Source of the DNA: an uncultured bacterium
GTDB lineage: Bacteria; B130-G9
Direction of reading: 5' to 3'
Length of the DNA: 40,155 nucleotides
Assembly (NCBI GenBank): GCA_965372715.1
Contig: CBDVDH010000036.1
Location: 1-40,155 of the forward strand
Shown here: piece by piece, positions 28,801-36,731 of the stretch
How positions within the stretch are numbered: the stretch's first letter is position 1
Layout of the letters: each line of letters starts with the position of its first letter
Notes under the pieces: model-generated
What the model saw: the letters and a program-made list of their open reading frames with translations, nothing else
Databases searched by the model: none
What the model was told of the DNA's origin: nothing
Translations under genes and position numbers: made by a program

Positions 28801-28901
28801 TCCTCCACCGCGAAGGCCGTTAGGCCAAACAGAAACACGCCGGCCAGCACAAACGCGAAAAGGCCGACCAATAGAGTTTGAAAACGACTGCTACGCATCA
28901 C
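25842..28901 (-). CDS. Secreted M1-family (gluzincin) zinc metallopeptidase with long N-terminal extension
   Basis: HEAGHQYWG...WFSEAF (HExxH-x18-E), YNKG..V...LR, FFDQWIYGTGIP; signal peptide; acidic N-terminal region; GYGQG where canonical M1 enzymes have GAMEN. Confidence 0.88.
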   Translation of the reverse strand: MMRSSRFQTLLVGLFAFVLAGVFLFGLTAFAVEDEEDGGTYTGIPKDKSCTWWLDESKEVPKEDKAEIKKLFEALEKKLEKDGLDSVTFPWKPPEDEEDKEAEEEKEEVELTDEQKKWEEDELFEDPETCPGVIIPSKDDINVAKVDGVPTGTLFIVRGTFDDPRLEVWRMKLAKKDDEWSVIGREIEYSFEPVYTCHMRKNTAYKFSSISFDHDLMHISMTEGRFYPVFSGNEKIIGGVVFGKGTMSYRPPTKLAKDWETDQELNEFRLFTEKATGKQVDEFNDVKLTKLIFFFSPTNVENYLKLEDLEKFEITDRGELKNAEELVEGEMDWLAGTKWGVKLPYKGQPEGEKKLVSLYYFQDYDELCNVFAYGPKYQWVGYYDYPTSAPSMRGGDQEEINLYVRREMRLKAGDEKTLDSWCAYNRKDQRESLTRREAEYEPTDDAKTLHRAIDTNIGYKEEVLSSDQYGVIARAYTGIYAKFRTTIDMEITKADTNVLPFSMYFFGQKQEVVNVVDERGLDVLRIGNFTLVYPPLALGQRIKFTSEYNGVICQRMLTTNSYTSGNCRWFPVYGYLECATFDLVVGVPRPYTAASVGALTDSWSEDKTNFAHWSSDECIRMAAILYSDYNVARKTFEKPNGEQLEFMLYYYPKMHFYLVYGDFYSAALGGLTGVDRGRAQTYLTRIRKREFSVRSPDSIVTEFESIWKWLQGLYHPLPYKKIAAVMLPITSGYGQGQPSMLTLDGWSFVSEGDKALYEVPPGRWGAEFWAHEAGHQYWGHVVCWKAGRDQWFSEAFTENQCALYMQASRSDDEFRLKLKRWRDWTLMMINQGVDRPMTLGGRLGSRNLEWYATFYNKGPYVLYHLRSMIGDKAYIAYCRNILKSMYWKSAVTSDFIQVLEQTLGKENMLNLFGKDNMQWFFDQWIYGTGIPSYEFGYEISGNTAKIKIKHTGAQFRVRIPIWVYDTSGNKYAIPVLLTGEKPIEEFELKLRGPAKKLVLDEFDSVLTKKIKKVKYKKIK

Positions 28902-29060
28902 ACTTCCCTCCCGTATCGATGGGTTGTCTTTAATTAGTTCCTAACCAGTGGTCTTGGTGCAACAGCATCTCTATTATTGAAACAGATAGATGACCTCTGC
29001 GGTTCTTACCGTCCAACGCCAGCAGACAATAAGGGCACAAGCCAGTGACCCGAACGGTCG

Positions 29061-30014
29061 CTATTTCACTATCTTGAACGGCTCCTTTGTCTCGACCGCT
29101 TTGTTACTTAGTTCGTCCGTGACCTTTATGAACAGCGTATAATCGCCGACTTTAAACTTGTTCTCTTCAGTGACGTCGAACGAATAGAGATGACTCTGGT
29201 TGACGCCCTCGACGCGCTCGCCATCGACGATCCTGCGAATAATGCGCCGGTCGCCCTCTCGCTTGAACTTGTAGGTGATCTTGAACCTGGGCTTCTTGGC
29301 GTTATCGACCTTCAAGTTGTAGATGTTGAAATAAACTGACAGCGTGTCGCCGAGGCGATACTTTCGGCTCGGGTGAGGCGTAACGAGCACGTTGAGGGTG
29401 TCCTTCAAAAAGCCTGAATCCTCGCCCGGCTTGGCCTTCTCGACCTCCTGGGCGAACTCAACGCTGCTTATGCCGAGCTCATCCTTCGCCAGCGATTTGA
29501 CCTCAAACTCCTTGTCCTGGACACCGATCTTGCCGCTGAGGTTGTCCTTTACGCCGATCTTGAAGACGTAGGTCCCGGGGTCGAGGTTGAATGAGGAGAC
29601 GAACTTGCTCGAGAGCGCGGGGTCCGTGGCCTCCTTCTCGTCTTTGACTCTTGTCGAGCCTCGATTTGCCGCTTCCTTGACGACCTTACCCTCCTTGTCG
29701 AGTATCCTAACAACGATGATCAGAGTCGTGGCCAGCTCGCCCGACGCAACCTCTTTGAACTCCAGCCCGGTGTTGGGTATGTCGTAATAGACCTCGATCT
29801 TCGCGCCCGGCGCGTCGTAGAGCTTGAATGCGGCTATGTCGAGGCTGAATGCAATCTTCTCGCCCTTGTAGTCCTTGATGAGTTCCAGAGGGTTCTCCGA
29901 GGCGGCAAGCGCGCTGCTTGCTGCCACATCTTGGGCGAGCATCACGGACGGCGCGACAAGTAGCCCGCCAACGATGGCGACAATTGACAGTAACGAGTGA
30001 TAAGACCTCTGCAT
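29061..30014 (-). CDS. Secreted protein homologous to the C-terminal domains of the GWxTD protein (no GWxTD domain)
   Basis: Signal peptide; motifs shared with 23989-25599: IPNTxLxF, L[DE]PGxY, FEV, SS[IV]ExA, PxPxxxYRxGxxLxVYxxIYNL, GxYxLxIxVxD; AGGAGG RBS. Confidence 0.8.
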   Translation of the reverse strand: MQRSYHSLLSIVAIVGGLLVAPSVMLAQDVAASSALAASENPLELIKDYKGEKIAFSLDIAAFKLYDAPGAKIEVYYDIPNTGLEFKEVASGELATTLIIVVRILDKEGKVVKEAANRGSTRVKDEKEATDPALSSKFVSSFNLDPGTYVFKIGVKDNLSGKIGVQDKEFEVKSLAKDELGISSVEFAQEVEKAKPGEDSGFLKDTLNVLVTPHPSRKYRLGDTLSVYFNIYNLKVDNAKKPRFKITYKFKREGDRRIIRRIVDGERVEGVNQSHLYSFDVTEENKFKVGDYTLFIKVTDELSNKAVETKEPFKIVK

Positions 30015-30108
30015 GATTAGCCTCCTATAATGAATATGCTAACGTGTTCTTATGATTGCTGACCCCCCCCCGCCGCAAAAGGGTGGGATGCAACTCGTTC
30101 CAGGCTTT

Positions 30109-30209
30109 GTAGGGGCGGCTCACGAGCCGCCCTCTGCGATCGTGGGGACGGAGATGTTGCAGTGCGCGTTCCCCGATTCTAGGAAGGGCGATTCGTGAAT
30201 CGCCCCTAC
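30109..30209. repeat. Inverted pair of GTAG-family REP palindromes (REPIN/BIME-like)
   Basis: GTAGGGGCGGCTCACGAGCCGCCCT (30109-30133) and AGGGCGATTCGTGAATCGCCCCTAC (30185-30209). Confidence 0.85.
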
Positions 30210-30224
30210 ACTGTCCGCGATTTT

Positions 30225-30647
30225 CTAATACTGTTCCCACAGCTGAATCTCTTTCTGTGTGGGAATCGAGATGTTCTTGACTCCCACTTGCCTGAGCTCG
30301 TCAATCACTGAGACCATGCCCTGGTATTTGGCGGATAGGTTAGATTTTACTAGGACGAATTTATTTGGATTTCGCGCTAGCTTCGGTTCCAGGTAGGGCT
30401 GAATGTCCTCGACTGAATACGGCATTCCGTCTATGCTGATGTTGCAGTATTCGTCGATCTCGATAAGGACCGCCTCGGTCGTCTTGACTTCCTCAGCCTT
30501 CTGCTTCTTTGGAAGGGTCATCTCGAGACCTCTGGTCGTGCCGAACACCGTCGTAACCATGAAGAATATGATTAGGAGAAAGGCGATGTCAGCTGTCGAG
30601 GAGGAGTTTATCTCCTCGTCAATCTTGAGTCTAGCTCCGAACTTCAC
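30225..30647 (-). CDS. exbD: Biopolymer transporter ExbD/TolR family protein
   Basis: SSTADIAFLLIIFFMVTT (conserved TM Asp), LP, Y..MV.VIDEL...G..NISI. Confidence 0.92.
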   Translation of the reverse strand: MKFGARLKIDEEINSSSTADIAFLLIIFFMVTTVFGTTRGLEMTLPKKQKAEEVKTTEAVLIEIDEYCNISIDGMPYSVEDIQPYLEPKLARNPNKFVLVKSNLSAKYQGMVSVIDELRQVGVKNISIPTQKEIQLWEQY

Positions 30648-30657
30648 GTCAATTCCC

Positions 30658-31086
30658 CTAGCCGGCGGAGCCCGGCACCCTTTGAACGGTCAAAAGCGAG
30701 ATGTTGCGGGCGTTCGCTTCGCGGAGCTGTTCGATAACTTTGTCAACGTAGCGATATTCGACATCCTTGGACGCCTTGACCGTGAACTGCATCTGAGGCG
30801 TCCGCGATACCAGGTTATGCGCGAAGATGGTTATGTCGTCGATGCCGTGTGGTTCGGGGTTGTGATCCCCGCTCGAGAGAAAGACCTGACCCTCGCTGTC
30901 AACGACGATGATGGCGGCACCCGGAACCGATGCCTCGCGCTCCAGGCTTTTCGGAAGGTTGACCTTCGTCTTATCGACGCTGAACGTAGTCGTAACGATG
31001 AAGAAAACTATCAGAAGAAACGCTATGTCGCCCATCGACGACGATGGGATGCCTGCCCGAATGCCCCCTTTGCGCCTGAACCTCAT
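30658..31086 (-). CDS. exbD: Biopolymer transporter ExbD/TolR family protein (second copy)
   Basis: IPSSSMGDIAFLLIVFFIVTT, VNLPKS, VKAS.DV.Y..V..VI..L..A....ISL; ATGA overlap with ExbB. Confidence 0.92.
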   Translation of the reverse strand: MRFRRKGGIRAGIPSSSMGDIAFLLIVFFIVTTTFSVDKTKVNLPKSLEREASVPGAAIIVVDSEGQVFLSSGDHNPEPHGIDDITIFAHNLVSRTPQMQFTVKASKDVEYRYVDKVIEQLREANARNISLLTVQRVPGSAG

Positions 31087-31985
31087 TTCAGCCGGTCGAG
31101 CAGCTGAGACGTGCTCTCATCCATCTGGAGGGCGGATTTGGCAATGAAACTCGTGAAGAAATTGTAGGCCGCAAGCGCCGGGATGGCGATGATAAGTCCT
31201 GACGCTGTCGTTATGAGCGCCTCGGAAATCCCTTGCGCAACGAGGCCCGGGTTTGAAAGGCCAGCCTTCGCGATAACTCCGAACGATTTTATCATTCCCG
31301 TTACAGTCCCGAGGAAGCCCATTAGAGGCGCGATGTTGGCGACGCTCGCCAAAACCGGAAGGCCCCTTTCCAGCTTGGACATGGCGCCTGCGCCCGTTGT
31401 CTCGATTGCCTTCTCAACCTGCTTGCGGCCTTTGTCCCATCTAAGGAGCCCTGCCTTTATGACTGCCGCGACGGGACCCTTGGCGCCCTCACACAGAGCC
31501 AGCGCGTCCTTCGTATCCCCCTTTTCGAGATGAGCGTCGATCTTCATCATGAACTCGCGAGCGTTGATGTTACCGACCCCGAAGACAATGCCCCGCTCAA
31601 TCGAAAAGCCGATGGCGATCAAGAGCGCGATAAGAAGAGGCCACATCACAGGGCCACCGCTCTTGAACAGGTTGATCAGGCCCAAACCTCCGTCTTTCTT
31701 GGTGGTCTTGGGTGGCTTTGGCGTCTCGGTAGGCGCCCCGGAGGGGGTTGTGGCTGGCGTGGCTACGGTCGCAATGGTGGCCGCTGCGGAAGTGGCAAGT
31801 GTGGTCTCAGTTGCCAAGAGGTCGAACGGCTCCTCTAAGAGTGATGTGCCCTCCTCAAAAGGCTCTGCGACGATCTCTCCTGGCTCTTGGGCCAAGCAGT
31901 GACAGATCAGAAGAGAAAAGACCCCGAACACGACTATCAACATCTTCATGAACGTCTCTGGCCACAAAGAAACCGGTTTTATCAC
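31083..31985 (-). CDS. exbB: MotA/TolQ/ExbB proton channel protein (paralogue 2) with signal peptide and Thr/Pro-rich extension
   Basis: GGPVMWPL, IER, LASVANIAPLMGFLGTVTGMIKSF, GISEALITTASGLIIAIPA..AYNFF; directly upstream of two exbD. Confidence 0.92.
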   Translation of the reverse strand: MIKPVSLWPETFMKMLIVVFGVFSLLICHCLAQEPGEIVAEPFEEGTSLLEEPFDLLATETTLATSAAATIATVATPATTPSGAPTETPKPPKTTKKDGGLGLINLFKSGGPVMWPLLIALLIAIGFSIERGIVFGVGNINAREFMMKIDAHLEKGDTKDALALCEGAKGPVAAVIKAGLLRWDKGRKQVEKAIETTGAGAMSKLERGLPVLASVANIAPLMGFLGTVTGMIKSFGVIAKAGLSNPGLVAQGISEALITTASGLIIAIPALAAYNFFTSFIAKSALQMDESTSQLLDRLK

Positions 31986-32118
31986 TCTTGCTTCTCCCGG
32001 ATAAGACTTCCAACAGACCCACCAAGCCTTTCCCCCTGCAATGCGCCGCCCGTGGGCGCAAGGTATCCCGGCGGCAAAGAATCTGGGCTATGATGCTTCC
32101 GCTTATCTATCTTGTTTC

Positions 32119-34632
32119 TTAGAACTCAAACTTCACGCCAAAGAGGAGCCGCCGGCCTGCCTCATACGCCGCGGCCTCGCCCTTCAGCTCGTCCATATAC
32201 GCCACGTTGCGATGGTCGAACACGTTGTAGGACTGCACCAACATGGTCAGCGTGTAGTCCCTGACCTGGAACTCCTTGGACACCGTCAGGTCGAACGTGC
32301 TGTAGTATGGCTCGCGCTCCTCGTTGACGTTGTCCTCTTCGCGCTCCAGCTGGTCAGTCTCCTCGTTCCGGATGAGGTAATTCAGCGTATAGGGGAAGCC
32401 GGAGTTCCAACTGTAAATGCCGTTGAGGTTTATGTCGTAAGGCAGCTCAGCGTTGAATGAGATCGCCAGGGCATGGCGCAGGTCCCAGTCCAGCCAGGCC
32501 TCCTTGCCCGTCATAACCCCATACCTGTCGATGCCGATCGACTTAGCTTCCTGATACGTATAAGAAAGACGGGCCTCAAAGCCTTTGCTGAACGCTTTCT
32601 TGACCTTCACCTCCGCACCGCGCGCCCAGGCTCCAGCCACGTTCATCATCTGCCACTCGTCGATTGCGGGGTCAGGGTTCACATCGACATTCTGCAAGAG
32701 GTCCTGCATGTCCTTGTCGTAATACGTCACACCCAGCGTAATGTCTGGGAATATCTCCCGCTCGACGCCTACCTCAAAGGCCTTGTTGATCGGGTTCGAC
32801 AGCCCCGCCGCTCCCCTATAGTAGTTGAACTCCAACGGGCCGTATTGCCGATAATTTTCGCCATACTCATAGCGATACTCAAGGGGCCGCGCCATCGCAT
32901 CCGCAAGCGGAATAACCTGGAAGAACCAACCGTATGAAACGCGGAGCTTGGTCTTGTCGTCGGGCGTGTAGGTTACGCCCAGACGAGGCGAGACCTGACT
33001 GCCGTCGTTCGCATCCTGCCAGTCGTATCGGAGCCCGTAGTTTAGGTAAATTGGGAGGTCATATTTCTCGTCGAGGCTCCACCGATCCTGCACAAACGCT
33101 CCGCCGTAATGGGTCGTCCAGGCGTCCTTGTCCATGAAAAAGTGCCGCTTCTGATAGAAATCAATCTGCTCCGGATTCTCACTCCATGCCTCGCGAGATG
33201 TGATGGCATAATACGGCACGACAACGTATTCGCCCTCGTAGTCCACATATTGGACAGAACCGCCCGCTCTGAATCGGTGATCATCCTTGACCCAGGTAAC
33301 GCTCGAGTTGAAGAAACCGTTATAGACCTCGCGCCACTGCCAGTTCGGGTAATCACCTCTGCCGCCGTATTGCTTCGACGCGTAGAAGCGGGCCTCGTCC
33401 CAGACGTACACGAATGTCCAAGGCTCGTAGTCGTGCCAATCCATATTCTCGACCTTCGCCCCGAGATACATTCTTCCAGCGCCAACGATACTCTCGAGAA
33501 CCAGCTCGGGCGAGAACGTGTGAGTATGGTTGACCATGAAGAAATTATAGTCGAACTTCATCGTGGGAAGATGCACTGGCTCTATCCAGTCGGCGCCCGA
33601 TCGAGTGTCAACAGTATTGAAGAAATACTGGAACACGAACTTGTCGTCGATACCCGCCTGCCAGGTGAACTTCGCCATTCCGCCGAGCTCTTTCCACATG
33701 CTAGCAGCGAAATCGTCCTGCGGCCATTCAGCTGACGGGAACATCCGCTTGCTGTCTTCGAATTCCAGAGAGAGAAAGAAGTTGAGCTTCTCGGGGATCA
33801 CCGGGCCTTTAAGCGTGATGCCCGGATTGTAGGCGCGCCAGTCGTAAGGCACGCCGTCAAGTGAGGCATTCTGGTAGTTGAAGTGGACGTCTCCGTGCAT
33901 CGTATCGGTTCCGCTCTTCGTTACGACGTTGACCATACCCGACATATTGCCGCCGTATTCCGCGTCGTAACCACCGGTGATGACTTCCATCTTCTCGACG
34001 GCGTTCATGTTGACGTTCGTGCCGTAGCCGCCTGTTACCGGGTCCTGGGCGTTCATACCATCGACCTTGAAGCCGACCTCTCCGGTTCGGCCGCCCCGGA
34101 TATGGATCTGTTGATCCCGATCGACAAGCGTCCCCGGAAGAATCTTCAGAGCGTTCTGATATGCGCGGCCTTGAATCGGCATATCCTCGATGTAGTCCCC
34201 CTCGATAACGTCCGACGTTCCGGACACCTCCTTCTCGATCAGCGGACTGGTCGCGACGACCTCTATCTCCTTCTCCAGGGCAATCCGCTGTTCCAGTTCG
34301 ACCTTCACGAAGGCCGTCCTGTCCATAACCACGCCGATGCCAGTGATCTTCTGCTTGACGTAACCGATGTAAACGACCTCAACGGTATATGTTCCTGGCG
34401 GCAATCCGGCCCTAACGAACTTACCGTCCTTGTCCGCCGAAAACGCATAGGGCTTCAGAAGCGCAGGGCCTGATATCAGAATGTCTGCGAAGGGAAGCGG
34501 CTCCCCGGTCTGGGCATCCTTGACGTCACCCTTGATGATGCCCGTAATGCCGCAGTGCGCAGGTATTGAAAGAACCAGACCGAAAACCAACCCCAGAAAT
34601 AGGATAAACAAACGTGCATACAGATCCTTCAC
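32119..34632 (-). CDS. TonB-dependent receptor with N-terminal carboxypeptidase-regulatory-like domain
   Basis: Signal peptide; G.IKG.V.D..TGEPL; plug motifs IRGG, VDG, EVITGG.DAEYG...SG.VNVVTKSG; GLRYD, SPRLG; C-terminal aromatic GVKFEF; AGGAG RBS. Confidence 0.92.
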   Translation of the reverse strand: MKDLYARLFILFLGLVFGLVLSIPAHCGITGIIKGDVKDAQTGEPLPFADILISGPALLKPYAFSADKDGKFVRAGLPPGTYTVEVVYIGYVKQKITGIGVVMDRTAFVKVELEQRIALEKEIEVVATSPLIEKEVSGTSDVIEGDYIEDMPIQGRAYQNALKILPGTLVDRDQQIHIRGGRTGEVGFKVDGMNAQDPVTGGYGTNVNMNAVEKMEVITGGYDAEYGGNMSGMVNVVTKSGTDTMHGDVHFNYQNASLDGVPYDWRAYNPGITLKGPVIPEKLNFFLSLEFEDSKRMFPSAEWPQDDFAASMWKELGGMAKFTWQAGIDDKFVFQYFFNTVDTRSGADWIEPVHLPTMKFDYNFFMVNHTHTFSPELVLESIVGAGRMYLGAKVENMDWHDYEPWTFVYVWDEARFYASKQYGGRGDYPNWQWREVYNGFFNSSVTWVKDDHRFRAGGSVQYVDYEGEYVVVPYYAITSREAWSENPEQIDFYQKRHFFMDKDAWTTHYGGAFVQDRWSLDEKYDLPIYLNYGLRYDWQDANDGSQVSPRLGVTYTPDDKTKLRVSYGWFFQVIPLADAMARPLEYRYEYGENYRQYGPLEFNYYRGAAGLSNPINKAFEVGVEREIFPDITLGVTYYDKDMQDLLQNVDVNPDPAIDEWQMMNVAGAWARGAEVKVKKAFSKGFEARLSYTYQEAKSIGIDRYGVMTGKEAWLDWDLRHALAISFNAELPYDINLNGIYSWNSGFPYTLNYLIRNEETDQLEREEDNVNEEREPYYSTFDLTVSKEFQVRDYTLTMLVQSYNVFDHRNVAYMDELKGEAAAYEAGRRLLFGVKFEF

Positions 34633-34798
34633 CTAAAAGTCTCCTGTCAATTTAGAATTATGTTTCGTTCCTACTGGCCGCTAGAACAAAAAAACGACCA
34701 AGCAACCTTCAATACCAACCCAAACCTAGGATAATCCTCAGCCGAAGAAATCGCTGCCTAGAACTCACCGATTCCGGATTGTGTTCGGCTCCTGCCGA

Positions 34799-34827
34799 AT
34801 CCTATGAAGATTACTATTGGCTGTCAA
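34799..34827 (-). promoter_or_regulatory. Sigma70-like promoter for the receptor operon
   Basis: Minus strand TTGACA-17 nt-TAGGAT, about 165 nt upstream of the receptor start. Confidence 0.65.
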
Positions 34828-34859
34828 CAGTTTTGTTCGGCAACCAGTCAGAAATCAAC

Positions 34860-35015
34860 GTAGGGGCAGACCTGCGTGAGACCGCGTAATAATTCGGTCG
34901 CTGGGGCGTAGGGGCGAGGTCTTAAGACCACGCCCGTTCTAATTGACTGCTATGTCGAGGATGCGGTATTCAATTGGATTGACACAGGCGGGCGGGTCTG
35001 AGACCACGCCCCTAC
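34860..35015. repeat. Cluster of three GTAG-family REP elements
   Basis: GTAGGGGCAGACCTGCGTG (34860), GTAGGGGCGAGGTCTTAAGACCACGCCC (34908-34935), GGCGGGCGGGTCTGAGACCACGCCCCTAC (34987-35015). Confidence 0.85.
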
Positions 35016-35016
35016 A

Positions 35017-35691
35017 TCACGTCCTATCGATCTTGATCCAGTCGTCGATTGCCAGCGCACCCTCAGGAGGTTTGCCGTCGTGCTTCCGACTGTCCCGGGA
35101 CAGCCGCGACACGATTCCCAGCGTTATTTCCTCCATCCGCAGGACGTAGGCGTTAGTGCGCTTGTGAAAGAAGTTGTATGCAATCAGCGTGGGGATGGCC
35201 ACGACGAGCCCAGCGGCCGTCGTCAGCAGCGCCTCGGAGATGCCTCCCGCGAGGTCGGACGGGTTCGTGACACCTTTGCTTGAGATAATGCTGAAGACCC
35301 TGATCATCCCGGTTACGGTTCCCAGGAGCCCAAGCAGCGGAGCTATGCTCGCTATTGTCGCCAATACCGCCAAATGCCGCGAAAGCTTGTTCGCCTGGTC
35401 CTTGCCGACCGCCTGCACCGCCTCGCGCAGCGTCTCACCCGGCAGACTGCGCGATAGGATTGTTGTGTGAATCACCCGCGCAATCGGAGTTCTGCTCTTC
35501 CTCGCAAGCTCAAGCAGTGAATCCTCCTTGCCAGCGGACACGAGGCGCTTGACCTCACGGATAAATGCACCAGGAATGATCCGCGCATCTCTCAAAGCCA
35601 GCGCCCGCTCGACAATTATGGCCACGGAGAGCACCGAACAGATGACAATCGGTATCATAACCGGCCCGCCAGCAATCAAGTATCCGATCAT
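35017..35691 (-). CDS. MotA/TolQ/ExbB proton channel protein (paralogue 3)
   Basis: GGPVMIPI, IVER, LATIASIAPLLGLLGTVTGMI.VF, GISEALLTTAAGL.VAIP...AYNFF; GGAG RBS. Confidence 0.93.
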   Translation of the reverse strand: MIGYLIAGGPVMIPIVICSVLSVAIIVERALALRDARIIPGAFIREVKRLVSAGKEDSLLELARKSRTPIARVIHTTILSRSLPGETLREAVQAVGKDQANKLSRHLAVLATIASIAPLLGLLGTVTGMIRVFSIISSKGVTNPSDLAGGISEALLTTAAGLVVAIPTLIAYNFFHKRTNAYVLRMEEITLGIVSRLSRDSRKHDGKPPEGALAIDDWIKIDRT

Positions 35692-35738
35692 CTCCTATCT
35701 CCAGCAATGGCGAGGCGGCACTGCTTGAACCTCCTCGC

Positions 35739-36728
35739 TCATTTGTAAAGCCTCTCGATTAGAAGCGACCGCTCGTTGCCAAACCTTCGCCTCAGGTCTC
35801 GCAAGAACTCCTCCCGCTCCGATCTGTTGAACTTATGAGCCGCATTGACAGCACCATATATAGTGCCAGAATAAAAGATCAATGCAACCGATGACGCGAT
35901 CCCTCCGGCCGCGTAGATACGCTTGTCATAAGACTCGACCGAGGCGCCGACGAATGCGGCGTTCAAGACGAAAGCAACACACCCATCCCTATATCTCTTG
36001 CAGTAAAGGTGACCGGCCCCCGGCAAACACGCGCTCAGCACCCCGGCGGCCACGGGCGACCTGCGCCTCACGGATTCAGCCTCAGAAGCCGCATCAGCAA
36101 GCGCCTTCATGTCTATTCCCGAGAGTGCGGGAGCTTTGCCTGCGCGGGCCGACAACGTCGCGAAAAGCCTCTGGGCTGACCCGGAATCGCCGCGTGAGAG
36201 GCAGGTCCACGCCAGGAGATATGAGGCGTAAGCCCGGATGTCATGTGGCTGTGCGTCGCAGGACAAGGCCGCAAGCCGCTCGTAGGCGCTGACGTAGTCC
36301 TTGCTGTTTAGGAAGCACACGGTCTGCCAGAGCAACAATTCGTCCCACCTCGCACGCATCGACTCGTCGCGCAACATTCGATCAAGCTCGCCTTGCGCTG
36401 CGTCAAACCTGCCGAGCAGGATGTAGCAAAGGGCTATCTTGATCTTGCAGCGCTGCGCGAACTCGAAACCGGCCTGAACATGAAGCAAGAGACGGTATTG
36501 CATCGCGGCGGCCTCGTAATCGTTCTCCCTGAAAAGGGACTCCGCGAAATCGTAAATGATCGACGGCGACGCATTCGATTCCCGAAGTCGCTCCACGTCG
36601 GCCTTCGACGCTCGAATTTCAACTTTCCGCATTGAGTCATCGACAACCTGGCCAACGGTCACACACGGCAGCAGAACCACGATCGCCACAACGGGAACGA
36701 GATAATTGTGGTGCGAGTCGGCAAGCAT
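35739..36728 (-). CDS. TPR protein with C-terminal membrane domain
   Basis: Signal-like N-terminus, TPR-like helices (FAESLF...DYEAAA..Y), then RSPVAAGVLSACLPGAGHLY and two hydrophobic segments. Confidence 0.75.
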   Translation of the reverse strand: MLADSHHNYLVPVVAIVVLLPCVTVGQVVDDSMRKVEIRASKADVERLRESNASPSIIYDFAESLFRENDYEAAAMQYRLLLHVQAGFEFAQRCKIKIALCYILLGRFDAAQGELDRMLRDESMRARWDELLLWQTVCFLNSKDYVSAYERLAALSCDAQPHDIRAYASYLLAWTCLSRGDSGSAQRLFATLSARAGKAPALSGIDMKALADAASEAESVRRRSPVAAGVLSACLPGAGHLYCKRYRDGCVAFVLNAAFVGASVESYDKRIYAAGGIASSVALIFYSGTIYGAVNAAHKFNRSEREEFLRDLRRRFGNERSLLIERLYK

Positions 36729-36731
36729 GTG

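Noticed and set aside
34860-35015. CRISPR array
   Set aside because: Repeats are inverted, non-identical and irregularly spaced, and no cas genes are present; they fit REP elements.
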